DNA of 64,000 bases, taken from assembly GCA_964016885.1 (NCBI GenBank), contig OZ024743.1, forward strand, positions 337,838,001 to 337,902,000. The letters are read 5' to 3'. Both the position numbers and the translations under genes were made by a program. A model generated the notes under the pieces. The model was not told the origin of the DNA. It did not search any database and was given only the letters and a program-made list of their open reading frames with translations. This DNA comes from Eledone cirrhosa. Lineage: Eukaryota. This document shows, in pieces, positions 1-13,000 of this stretch. How positions within the stretch are numbered: the stretch's first letter is position 1; each line of letters begins with the position of its first letter.

Positions 1-1089
1 GTAATATACTCTGGCTGGTTATTCTGTCTATTAAGTAGTTGAGGAGGTAGATGAAACAGTAATATACTCTGGCTGGTTATTCTGTCTATTAAGTAGTTGA
101 GGAGGTAGATGTAATAGTAATATACTCTGGCTGGTTATTCTGTCTATTAAATAGTTGAGGAGGTAGATGAAACAGTAATATACTCTGGCTGGTTATTCTG
201 TCTATTATGTAGTTGAGGAGGTAGATGAAACAGTAATATACTCTGGCTGGTTATTCTGTCTATTAAGTAGTTGAGGAGGTAGATGAACCAGTAATATACT
301 CTGGCTGGTTATTCTGTCTATTAAGTAGTTGAGGAGGTAGATGAAACAGTAATATACTCTGGCTGGTTATTATGTCCATGAAGTAGTTGAGGAGCTAGAT
401 GTAACAGTAATATACTCTGGCTGGTTATTCTGTGTATTAAGTAGTTGAGGAGGTAGATGAAACAGTAATATACTCTGGCTGGTTATTATGTCCATGAAGT
501 AGTTGAGGAGCTAGATGTAACAGTAATATACTCTGGCTGGTTATTCTGTGTATTAAGTAGTTGAGGAGGTAGATGTAACAGTAATATACTCTGGCTGGTT
601 ATTCTGTCTATTAAGTAGTTGAGGAGGTAGATGAAACAGTAATATACTCTGGCTGGTTATTATGTCCATGAAGTAGTTGAGGAGGTAGATAAAACAGTAA
701 TATACTCTGGCTGGTTATTCTGTCTATTAAGTAGTTGAGGAGGTAGATGAAACAGTAATATACTCTGGCTGGTTATTATGTCCATGAAGTAGTTGAGGAG
801 CTAGATGTAACAGTAATATACTCTGGCTGGTTATTCTGTCTATTAAGTAGTTGAGGAGGTAGATGAAACAGTAATATACTCTGGCTGGTTATTATGTCCA
901 TGAAGTAGTTGAGGAGCTAGATGTAACAGTAATATACTCTGGCTGGTTATTCTGTGTATTAAGTAGTTGAGGAGGTAGATGTAACAGTAATATACTCTGG
1001 CTGGTTATTCTGTCTATTAAGTAGTTGAGGAGGTAGATGAAACAGTAATATACTCTGGCTGGTTATTATGTCCATGAAGTAGTTGAGGA

Positions 1090-4000
1090 GGTAGATAAAA
1101 CAGTAATATACTCTGGCTGGTTATTCTGTCTATTAAGTAGTTGAGGATGTAGATGTAACAGTAATATACTCTGGCTGGTTATTCTGTCCATGAAGTAGTT
1201 GAGGAGGTAGATGAAACAGTAATATACTCTGGCTGGTTATTCTGTCTATTAAGTAGTTGAGGAGGTAGATGTAACAGTAATATACTCTGCCTGGTTATTC
1301 TGTCTATTAAGTAGTTGAGGAGGTAGATGTAACAGTAATATACTCTGTCTGGTTATTCTGTCTATTAAGTAGTTGAGGAGGTAGATGTAACAGTAATATA
1401 CTCTGGCTGGTTATTCTGTCTATTAAGTATTTGAGGAGGTAGATGTAACAGTAATATACTCTGGCTGGTTATTCTGTCTATTAAGTAGTTGAGGAGGTAG
1501 ATGTAACAGTAATATACTCTGGCTGGTTATTCTGTCTATTAAGTAGTTGAGGATGTAGATGAAACAGTAATATACTCTGCCTGGTTATTCTGTCTATTAA
1601 GTAGTTGAGGAGGTAGATGTAACAGTAATATACTCTGGCTGGTTATTCTGTCTATTAAGTAGTTGAGGAGGTAGATGAAACAGTAATATACTCTGCCTGG
1701 TTATTCTGTCTCTTAAGTAGTTGAGGAGGTAGATGAAACAGTAATATACTCTGGCTGGTTATTCTGTCCATGAAGTAGTTGAGGAGGTAGATGAAACAGT
1801 AATATACTCTGGCTGGTTATTCTGTCTATTAAGTAGTTGAGGAGGGAGATGAAACAGTAATATACTCTGCCTTGTTATTCTGTCTATTAAGTAGTTGAGG
1901 AGGTAGATGAAACAGTAATATACTCTGGCTGGTTATTCTGTCTATTAAGTAGTTGAGGAGGTAGATGAAACAGTAATATACTCTGGCTGGTTATTCTGTC
2001 TATTAAGTAGTTGAGGAGGTAGATGTAATAGTAATATACTCTGGCTGGTTATTCTGTCTATTAAATAGTTGAGGAGGTAGATGAAACAGTAATATACTCT
2101 GGCTGGTTATTCTGTCTATTATGTAGTTGAGGAGGTAGATGAAACAGTAATATACTCTGGCTGGTTATTCTGTCTATTAAGTAGTTGAGGAGGTAGATGA
2201 AACAGTAATATACTCTGGCTGGTTATTCTGTCTATTAAGTAGCTGAGGAGGTAGATGTAACAGTAATATACTCTGGCTGGTTATTCTGTCTATTAAGTAG
2301 TTGAGGAGGTAGATGAAACAGTAATATACTCTGGCTGGTTATTCTGTCCATGAAGTAGTTGAAGAGGTAGATGAAACAGTAATATACTCTGGCTGGTTAT
2401 TCTGTCTATTAAGTAGTTGAGGAGGTAGATGAGACAGTAATATACTCTGGCTGGTTATTATGTCCATGAAGTAGTTGAGGAGCTAGATGTAACAGTAATA
2501 TACTCTGGCTGGTTATTCTGTCTATTAAGTAGTTGAGGAGGTAGATGTAACAGTAATATACTCTGGCTGGTTATTCTGTCTATTATGTAGTTGAGGAGGT
2601 AGATGAAACAGTAATATACTCTGGCTGGTTATTCTGTCTATTAAGTAGTTGAGGAGGTAGATGAAACAGTAATATACTCTGGCTGGTTATTCTGTCTATT
2701 AAGTAGTTGAGGAGGTAGATGAAACAGTAATATACTCTGCCTTGTTATTCTGTCTATTAAGTAGTTGAGGAGGTAGATGAAACAGTAATATACTCTGGCT
2801 GGTTATTCTGTCTATTAAGTAGTTGAGGAGGTAGATGAAACAGTAATAAACTCTGGCTGGTTATTCTGTCTATTAAGTAGATGAGGAGGTAGATGAAACA
2901 GTAATATACTCTGGCTGGTTATTCTGTCTATGATCTAGATGAGGAGGTAGATGAAACAGTAATATACTCTGGCTGGTTATTCTGTCTATTAAGTAGTTGA
3001 GGAGGTAGATGAAACAGTAATATACTCTGGCTGGTTATTCTGTCTATTAAGTAGTTGAGGAGGTAGATGAAACAGTAATATACTCTGGCTGGTTATTCTG
3101 TCTATGATCTAGATGAGGAGTTAGATGAAACAGTAATATACTCTGGCTGGTTATTCTGTCTATTAAGTAGTTGAGGAGGTAGATGAAACAGTAATATACT
3201 CTGGCTGGTTATTCTGTCTATTAAGTAGTTGAGGAGGTAGATGAAACAGTAATATACTCTGGCTGGTTATTCTGTCTATTAAGTAGTTGAGGAGGTAGAT
3301 GTAATAGTAATATACTCTGGCTGGTTATTCTGTCTATTAAATAGTTGAGGAGGTAGATGAAACAGTAATATACTCTGGCTGGTTATTCTGTCTATTATGT
3401 AGTTGAGGAGGTAGATGAAACAGTAATATACTCTGGCTGGTTATTCTGTCTATTAAGTAGTTGAGGAGGTAGATGAACCAGTAATATACTCTGGCTGGTT
3501 ATTCTGTCTATTAAGTAGTTGAGGAGGTAGATGAAACAGTAATATACTCTGGCTGGTTATTCTGTCTATTAAGTAGCTGAGGAGGTAGATGTAACAGCAA
3601 TATACTCTGGCTGGTTATTCTGTCTATTAAGTAGTTGAGGAGGTAGATGAAACAGTAATATACTCTGGCTGGTTATTCTGTCCATGAAGTAGTTGAGGAG
3701 GTAGATGAAACAGTAATATACTCTGGCTGGTTATTCTGTCTATTAAGTAGTTGAGGAGGTAGATGTAACAGTAATATACTCTGGCTGGTTATTCTGTCTA
3801 TTAAGTAGTTGAGGAGGTAGATGTAACAGTAATATACTCTGGCTGGTTATTCTGTCTATTAAGTAGTTGAGGAGGTAGATGTAACAGTAATATACTCTGG
3901 CTGGTTATTCTGTCTATTAAGTAGTTGAGGAGGTTGATGAAACAGTAATATACTCTGGCTGGTTATTCTGTCTATTAAGTAGTTGAGGAGGTAGATGAAA

Positions 4001-7000
4001 CAGTAATATACTCTGCCTTGTTATTCTGTCTATTAAGTAGTTGAGGAGGTAGATGAAACAGTAATATACTCTGGCTGGTTATTCTGTCTATTAAGTAGTT
4101 GAGGAGGTAGATGAAACAGTAATATACTCTGGCTGGTTATTCTGTCTATTAAGTAGTTGAGGAGGTAGATGTAATAGTAATATACTCTGGCTGGTTATTC
4201 TGTCTATTAAATAGTTGAGGAGGTAGATGAAACAGTAATATACTCTGGCTGGTTATTCTGTCTATTATGTAGTTGAGGAGGTAGATGAAACAGTAATATA
4301 CTCTGGCTGGTTATTCTGTCTATTAAGTAGTTGAGGAGGTAGATGAAACAGTAATATACTCTGGCTGGTTATTCTGTCTATTAAGTAGTTGAGGAGGTAG
4401 ATGAAACAGTAATATACTCTGGCTGGTTATTCTGTCTATTAAGTAGCTGAGGAGGTAGATGTAACAGTAATATACTCTGGCTGGTTATTCTGTCTATTAA
4501 GTAGTTGAGGAGGTAGATGAAACAGTAATATACTCTGGCTGGTTATTCTGTCCATGAAGTAGTTGAAGAGGTAGATGAAACAGTAATATACTCTGGCTGG
4601 TTATTCTGTCTATTAAGTAGTTGAGGAGGTAGATGAGACAGTAATATACTCTGGCTGGTTATTATGTCCATGAAGTAGTTGAGGAGCTAGATGTAACAGT
4701 AATATACTCTGGCTGGTTATTCTGTCTATTAAGTAGTTGAGGAGGTAGATGTAACAGTAATATACTCTGGCTGGTTATTCTGTCTATTAAGTAGTTGAGG
4801 AGGTAGATGAAACAGTAATATACTCTGGCTGGTTATTATGTCTCTTAAGTAGTTGAGGAGGTAGATGAAACAGTAATATACTCTGCCTGGTTATTCTGTC
4901 TCTTAAGTAGTTGAGGAGGTAGATGAAACAGTAATATACTCTGGCTGGTTATTCTGTCCATGAAGTAGTTGAGGAGGTAGATGAAACAGTAATATACTCT
5001 GGCTGGTTATTCTGTCTATTAAGTAGTTGAGGAGGTAGATGAAACAGTAATATACTCTGCCTTGTTATTCTGTCTATTAAGTAGTTGAGGAGGTAGATGA
5101 AACAGTAATATACTCTGGCTGGTTATTCTGTCTATTAAGTAGTTGAGGAGGTAGATGAAACAGTAATATACTCTGGCTGGTTATTCTGTCTATTAAGTAG
5201 TTGAGGAGGTAGATGTAATAGTAATATACTCTGGCTGGTTATTCTGTCTATTAAATAGTTGAGGAGGTAGATGAAACAGTAATATACTCTGGCTGGTTAT
5301 TCTGTCTATTATGTAGTTGAGGAGGTAGATGAAACAGTAATATACTCTGGCTGGTTATTCTGTCTATTAAGTAGTTGAGGAGGTAGATGAAACAGTAATA
5401 TACTCTGGCTGGTTATTCTGTCTATTAAGTAGTTGAGGAGGTAGATGAAACAGTAATATACTCTGGCTGGTTATTCTGTCTATTAAGTAGCTGAGGAGGT
5501 AGATGTAACAGTAATATACTCTGGCTGGTTATTCTGTCTATTAAGTAGTTGAGGAGGTAGATGAAACAGTAATATACACTGGCTGGTTATTCTGTCCATG
5601 AAGTAGTTGAAGAGGTAGATGAAACAGTAATATACTCTGGCTGGTTATTCTGTCTATTAAGTAGTTGAGGAGGTAGATGAGACAGTAATATACTCTGGCT
5701 GGTTATTATGTCCATGAAGTAGTTGAGGAGCTAGATGTAACAGTAATATACTCTGGCTGGTTATTCTGTCTATTAAGTAGTTGAGGAGGTAGATGTAACA
5801 GTAATATACTCTGGCTGGTTATTCTGTCTATTATGTAGTTGAGGAGGTAGATGAAACAGTAATATACTCTGGCTGGTTATTCTGTCTATTAAGTAGTTGA
5901 GGAGGTAGATGAAACAGTAATATACTCTGGCTGGTTATTCTGTCTATTAAGTAGTTGAGGAGGTAGATGAAACAGTAATATACTCTGCCTTGTTATTCTG
6001 TCTATTAAGTAGTTGAGGAGGTAGATGAAACAGTAATATACTCTGGCTGGTTATTCTGTCTATTAAGTAGATGAGGAGGTAGATGAAACAGTAATATACT
6101 CTGGCTGGTTATTCTGTCTATGATCTAGATGAGGAGTTAGATGAAACAGTAATATACTCTGGCTGGTTATTCTGTCTATTAAGTAGTTGAGGAGGTAGAT
6201 GAAACAGTAATATACTCTGGCTGGTTATTCTGTCTATGATCTAGATGAGGAGGTAGATGTAACAGTAATATACTCTGGCTGGTTATTCTGTCTATTATGT
6301 AGTTGAGGAGGTAGATGAAACAGTAATATACTCTGGCTGGTTATTCTGTCTATTATGTAGTTGAGGAGGTAGATGAAACAGTAATATACTCTGGCTGGTT
6401 ATTCTGTCTATTAAGTAGTTGAGGAGGTAGATGAACCAGTAATATACTCTGGCTGGTTATTCTGTCTATTAAGTAGTTGAGGAGGTAGATGAAACAGTAA
6501 TATACTCTGGCTGGTTATTCTGTCTATTAAGTAGCTGAGGAGGTAGATGTAACAGCAATATACTCTGGCTGGTTATTCTGTCTATTAAGTAGTTGAGGAG
6601 GTAGATGAAACAGTAATATACTCTGGCTGGTTATTCTGTCCATGAAGTAGTTGAGGAGGTAGATGAAACAGTAATATACTCTGGCTGGTTATTCTGTCTA
6701 TTAAGTAGTTGAGGAGGTAGATGTAACAGTAATATACTCTGGCTGGTTATTCTGTCTATTAAGTAGTTGAGGAGGTAGATGTAACAGTAATATACTCTGG
6801 CTGGTTATTCTGTCAATTAAGTAGTTGAGGAGGTAGATGTAACAGTAATATACTCTGGCTGGTTATTCTGTCTATTAAGTAGTTGAGGAGGTTGATGAAA
6901 CAGTAATATACTCTGGCTGGTTATTCTGTCTATTAAGTAGTTGAGGAGGTAGATGAAACAGTAATATACTCTGCCTTGTTATTCTGTCTATTAAGTAGTT

Positions 7001-10000
7001 GAGGAGGTAGATGAAACAGTAATATACTCTGGCTGGTTATTCTGTCTATTAAGTAGTTGAGGAGGTAGATGAAACAGTAATATACTCTGGCTGGTTATTC
7101 TGTCTATTAAGTAGTTGAGGAGGTAGATGTAATAGTAATATACTCTGGCTGGTTATTCTGTCTATTAAATAGTTGAGGAGGTAGATGAAACAGTAATATA
7201 CTCTGGCTGGTTATTCTGTCTATTATGTAGTTGAGGAGGTAGATGAAACAGTAATATACTCTGGCTGGTTATTCTGTCTATTAAGTAGTTGAGGAGGTAG
7301 ATGAAACAGTAATATACTCTGGCTGGTTATTCTGTCTATTAAGTAGTTGAGGAGGTAGATGAAACAGTAATATACTCTGGCTGGTTATTCTGTCTATTAA
7401 GTAGCTGAGGAGGTAGATGTAACAGTAATATACTCTGGCTGGTTATTCTGTCTATTAAGTAGTTGAGGAGGTAGATGAAACAGTAATATACTCTGGCTGG
7501 TTATTCTGTCCATGAAGTAGTTGAAGAGGTAGATGAAACAGTAATATACTCTGGCTGGTTATTCTGTCTATTAAGTAGTTGAGGAGGTAGATGAGACAGT
7601 AATATACTCTGGCTGGTTATTATGTCCATGAAGTAGTTGAGGAGCTAGATGTAACAGTAATATACTCTGGCTGGTTATTCTGTCTATTAAGTAGTTGAGG
7701 AGGTAGATGTAACAGTAATATACTCTGGCTGGTTATTCTGTCTATTAAGTAGTTGAGGAGGTAGATGAAACAGTAATATACTCTGGCTGGTTATTATGTC
7801 TCTTAAGTAGTTGAGGAGGTAGATGAAACAGTAATATACTCTGCCTGGTTATTCTGTCTCTTAAGTAGTTGAGGAGGTAGATGAAACAGTAATATACTCT
7901 GGCTGGTTATTCTGTCCATGAAGTAGTTGAGGAGGTAGATGAAACAGTAATATACTCTGGCTGGTTATTCTGTCTATTAAGTAGTTGAGGAGGTAGATGA
8001 AACAGTAATATACTCTGCCTTGTTATTCTGTCTATTAAGTAGTTGAGGAGGTAGATGAAACAGTAATATACTCTGGCTGGTTATTCTGTCTATTAAGTAG
8101 TTGAGGAGGTAGATGAAACAGTAATATACTCTGGCTGGTTATTCTGTCTATTAAGTAGTTGAGGAGGTAGATGTAATAGTAATATACTCTGGCTGGTTAT
8201 TCTGTCTATTAAATAGTTGAGGAGGTAGATGAAACAGTAATATACTCTGGCTGGTTATTCTGTCTATTATGTAGTTGAGGAGGTAGATGAAACAGTAATA
8301 TACTCTGGCTGGTTATTCTGTCTATTAAGTAGTTGAGGAGGTAGATGAAACAGTAATATACTCTGGCTGGTTATTCTGTCTATTAAGTAGTTGAGGAGGT
8401 AGATGAAACAGTAATATACTCTGGCTGGTTATTCTGTCTATTAAGTAGCTGAGGAGGTAGATGTAACAGTAATATACTCTGGCTGGTTATTCTGTCTATT
8501 AAGTAGTTGAGGAGGTAGATGAAACAGTAATATACACTGGCTGGTTATTCTGTCCATGAAGTAGTTGAAGAGGTAGATGAAACAGTAATATACTCTGGCT
8601 GGTTATTCTGTCTATTAAGTAGTTGAGGAGGTAGATGAGACAGTAATATACTCTGGCTGGTTATTATGTCCATGAAGTAGTTGAGGAGCTAGATGTAACA
8701 GTAATATACTCTGGCTGGTTATTCTGTCTATTAAGTAGTTGAGGAGGTAGATGTAACAGTAATATACTCTGGCTGGTTATTCTGTCTATTATGTAGTTGA
8801 GGAGGTAGATGAAACAGTAATATACTCTGGCTGGTTATTCTGTCTATTAAGTAGTTGAGGAGGTAGATGAAACAGTAATATACTCTGGCTGGTTATTCTG
8901 TCTATTAAGTAGTTGAGGAGGTAGATGAAACAGTAATATACTCTGCCTTGTTATTCTGTCTATTAAGTAGTTGAGGAGGTAGATGAAACAGTAATATACT
9001 CTGGCTGGTTATTCTGTCTATTAAGTAGTTGAGGAGGTAGATGAAACAGTAATAAACTCTGGCTGGTTATTCTGTCTATTAAGTAGATGAGGAGGTAGAT
9101 GAAACAGTAATATACTCTGGCTGGTTATTCTGTCTATGATCTAGATGAGGAGTTAGATGAAACAGTAATATACTCTGGCTGGTTATTCTGTCTATTAAGT
9201 AGTTGAGGAGGTAGATGAAACAGTAATATACTCTGGCTGGTTATTCTGTCTATGATCTAGATGAGGAGGTAGATGAAACAGTAATATACTCTGGCTGGTT
9301 ATTCTGTCTATTAAGTAGTTGAGGAGGTAGATGAAACAGTAATATACTCTGGCTGGTTATTCTGTCTATGATCTAGATGAGGAGGTAGATGAAACAGTAA
9401 TATACTCTGGCTGGTTATTATGTCTATTAAGTAGTTGAGGAGGTAGATGAAACAGTAATATACTCTGGCTGGTTATTCTGTCTATTAAGTAGTTGAGGAA
9501 ATAAATGAAACAGTAATATACTCTGGCTGGTTATTCTGTCTATGATCTAGATGAGGATGTAGATGAAACAGTAATATACTCTGGCTGGTTATTCTGTCTA
9601 TTAAGTAGTTGAGGATGTAGATGTAACAGTAATATACTCTGGCTGGTTATTCTGTCCATGAAGTAGTTGAGGAGGTAGATGAAACAGTAATATACTCTGG
9701 CTGGTTATTCTGTCTATTAAGTAGTTGAGGAGGTAGATGTAACAGTAATATACTCTGCCTGGTTATTCTGTCTATTAAGTAGTTGAGGAGGTAGATGTAA
9801 CAGTAATATACTCTGTCTGGTTATTCTGTCTATTAAGTAGTTGAGGAGGTAGATGTAACAGTAATATACTCTGGCTGGTTATTCTGTCTATTAAGTATTT
9901 GAGGAGGTAGATGTAACAGTAATATACTCTGGCTGGTTATTCTGTCTATTAAGTAGTTGAGGAGGTAGATGTAACAGTAATATACTCTGGCTGGTTATTC

Positions 10001-13000
10001 TGTCTATTAAGTAGTTGAGGATGTAGATGAAACAGTAATATACTCTGCCTGGTTATTCTGTCTATTAAGTAGTTGAGGAGGTAGATGTAACAGTAATATA
10101 CTCTGGCTGGTTATTCTGTCTATTAAGTAGTTGAGGAGGTAGATGAAACAGTAATATACTCTGCCTGGTTATTCTGTCTCTTAAGTAGTTGAGGAGGTAG
10201 ATGAAACAGTAATATACTCTGGCTGGTTATTCTGTCCATGAAGTAGTTGAGGAGGTAGATGAAACAGTAATATACTCTGGCTGGTTATTCTGTCTATTAA
10301 GTAGTTGAGGAGGGAGATGAAACAGTAATATACTCTGCCTTGTTATTCTGTCTATTAAGTAGTTGAGGAGGTAGATGAAACAGTAATATACTCTGGCTGG
10401 TTATTCTGTCTATTAAGTAGTTGAGGAGGTAGATGAAACAGTAATATACTCTGGCTGGTTATTCTGTCTATTAAGTAGTTGAGGAGGTAGATGTAATAGT
10501 AATATACTCTGGCTGGTTATTCTGTCTATTAAATAGTTGAGGAGGTAGATGAAACAGTAATATACTCTGGCTGGTTATTCTGTCTATTATGTAGTTGAGG
10601 AGGTAGATGAAACAGTAATATACTCTGGCTGGTTATTCTGTCTATTAAGTAGTTGAGGAGGTAGATGAAACAGTAATATACTCTGGCTGGTTATTCTGTC
10701 CATGAAGTAGCTGAGGAGGTAGATGTAACAGTAATATACTCTGGCTGGTTATTCTGTCTATTAAGTAGTTGAGGAGGTAGATGAAACAGTAATATACTCT
10801 GGCTGGTTATTCTGTCCATGAAGTAGTTGAAGAGGTAGATGAAACAGTAATATACTCTGGCTGGTTATTCTGTCTATTAAGTAGTTGAGGAGGTAGATGA
10901 GACAGTAATATACTCTGGCTGGTTATTATGTCCATGAAGTAGTTGAGGAGCTAGATGTAACAGTAATATACTCTGGCTGGTTATTCTGTCTATTAAGTAG
11001 TTGAGGAGGTAGATGTAACAGTAATATACTCTGGCTGGTTATTCTGTCTATTATGTAGTTGAGGAGGTAGATGAAACAGTAATATACTCTGGCTGGTTAT
11101 TCTGTCTATTAAGTAGTTGAGGAGGTAGATGAAACAGTAATATACTCTGGCTGGTTATTCTGTCTATTAAGTAGTTGAGGAGGTAGATGAAACAGTAATA
11201 TACTCTGCCTTGTTATTCTGTCTATTAAGTAGTTGAGGAGGTAGATGAAACAGTAATATACTCTGGCTGGTTATTCTGTCTATTAAGTAGTTGAGGAGGT
11301 AGATGAAACAGTAATAAACTCTGGCTGGTTATTCTGTCTATTAAGTAGATGAGGAGGTAGATGAAACAGTAATATACTCTGGCTGGTTATTCTGTCTATG
11401 ATCTAGATGAGGAGGTAGATGAAACAGTAATATACTCTGGCTGGTTATTCTGTCTATTAAGTAGTTGAGGAGGTAGATGAAACAGTAATATACTCTGGCT
11501 GGTTATTCTGTCTATTAAGTAGTTGAGGAGGTAGATGAAACAGTAATATACTCTGGCTGGTTATTCTGTCTATGATCTAGATGAGGAGTTAGATGAAACA
11601 GTAATATACTCTGGCTGGTTATTCTGTCTATTAAGTAGTTGAGGAGGTAGATGAAACAGTAATATACTCTGGCTGGTTATTCTGTCTATTAAGTAGTTGA
11701 GGAGGTAGATGAAACAGTAATATACTCTGGCTGGTTATTCTGTCTATTAAGTAGTTGAGGAGGTAGATGTAATAGTAATATACTCTGGCTGGTTATTCTG
11801 TCTATTAAATAGTTGAGGAGGTAGATGAAACAGTAATATACTCTGGCTGGTTATTCTGTCTATTATGTAGTTGAGGAGGTAGATGAAACAGTAATATACT
11901 CTGGCTGGTTATTCTGTCTATTAAGTAGTTGAGGAGGTAGATGAACCAGTAATATACTCTGGCTGGTTATTCTGTCTATTAAGTAGTTGAGGAGGTAGAT
12001 GAAACAGTAATATACTCTGGCTGGTTATTCTGTCTATTAAGTAGCTGAGGAGGTAGATGTAACAGCAATATACTCTGGCTGGTTATTCTGTCTATTAAGT
12101 AGTTGAGGAGGTAGATGAAACAGTAATATACTCTGGCTGGTTATTCTGTCCATGAAGTAGTTGAGGAGGTAGATGAAACAGTAATATACTCTGGCTGGTT
12201 ATTCTGTCTATTAAGTAGTTGAGGAGGTAGATGTAACAGTAATATACTCTGGCTGGTTATTCTGTCTATTAAGTAGTTGAGGAGGTAGATGTAACAGTAA
12301 TATACTCTGGCTGGTTATTCTGTCTATTAAGTAGTTGAGGAGGTAGATGTAACAGTAATATACTCTGGCTGGTTATTCTGTCTATTAAGTAGTTGAGGAG
12401 GTTGATGAAACAGTAATATACTCTGGCTGGTTATTCTGTCTATTAAGTAGTTGAGGAGGTAGATGAAACAGTAATATACTCTGCCTTGTTATTCTGTCTA
12501 TTAAGTAGTTGAGGAGGTAGATGAAACAGTAATATACTCTGGCTGGTTATTCTGTCTATTAAGTAGTTGAGGAGGTAGATGAAACAGTAATATACTCTGG
12601 CTGGTTATTCTGTCTATTAAGTAGTTGAGGAGGTAGATGTAATAGTAATATACTCTGGCTGGTTATTCTGTCTATTAAATAGTTGAGGAGGTAGATGAAA
12701 CAGTAATATACTCTGGCTGGTTATTCTGTCTATTATGTAGTTGAGGAGGTAGATGAAACAGTAATATACTCTGGCTGGTTATTCTGTCTATTAAGTAGTT
12801 GAGGAGGTAGATGAAACAGTAATATACTCTGGCTGGTTATTCTGTCTATTAAGTAGTTGAGGAGGTAGATGAAACAGTAATATACTCTGGCTGGTTATTC
12901 TGTCTATTAAGTAGCTGAGGAGGTAGATGTAACAGTAATATACTCTGGCTGGTTATTCTGTCTATTAAGTAGTTGAGGAGGTAGATGAAACAGTAATATA

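Noticed and set aside
42-48. Shine-Dalgarno-like AGGAGGT before ATG in each monomer
   Set aside because: The context is eukaryotic, the spacing to ATG is too short, and ATGAAACAGTAA or ATGTAA stops immediately.
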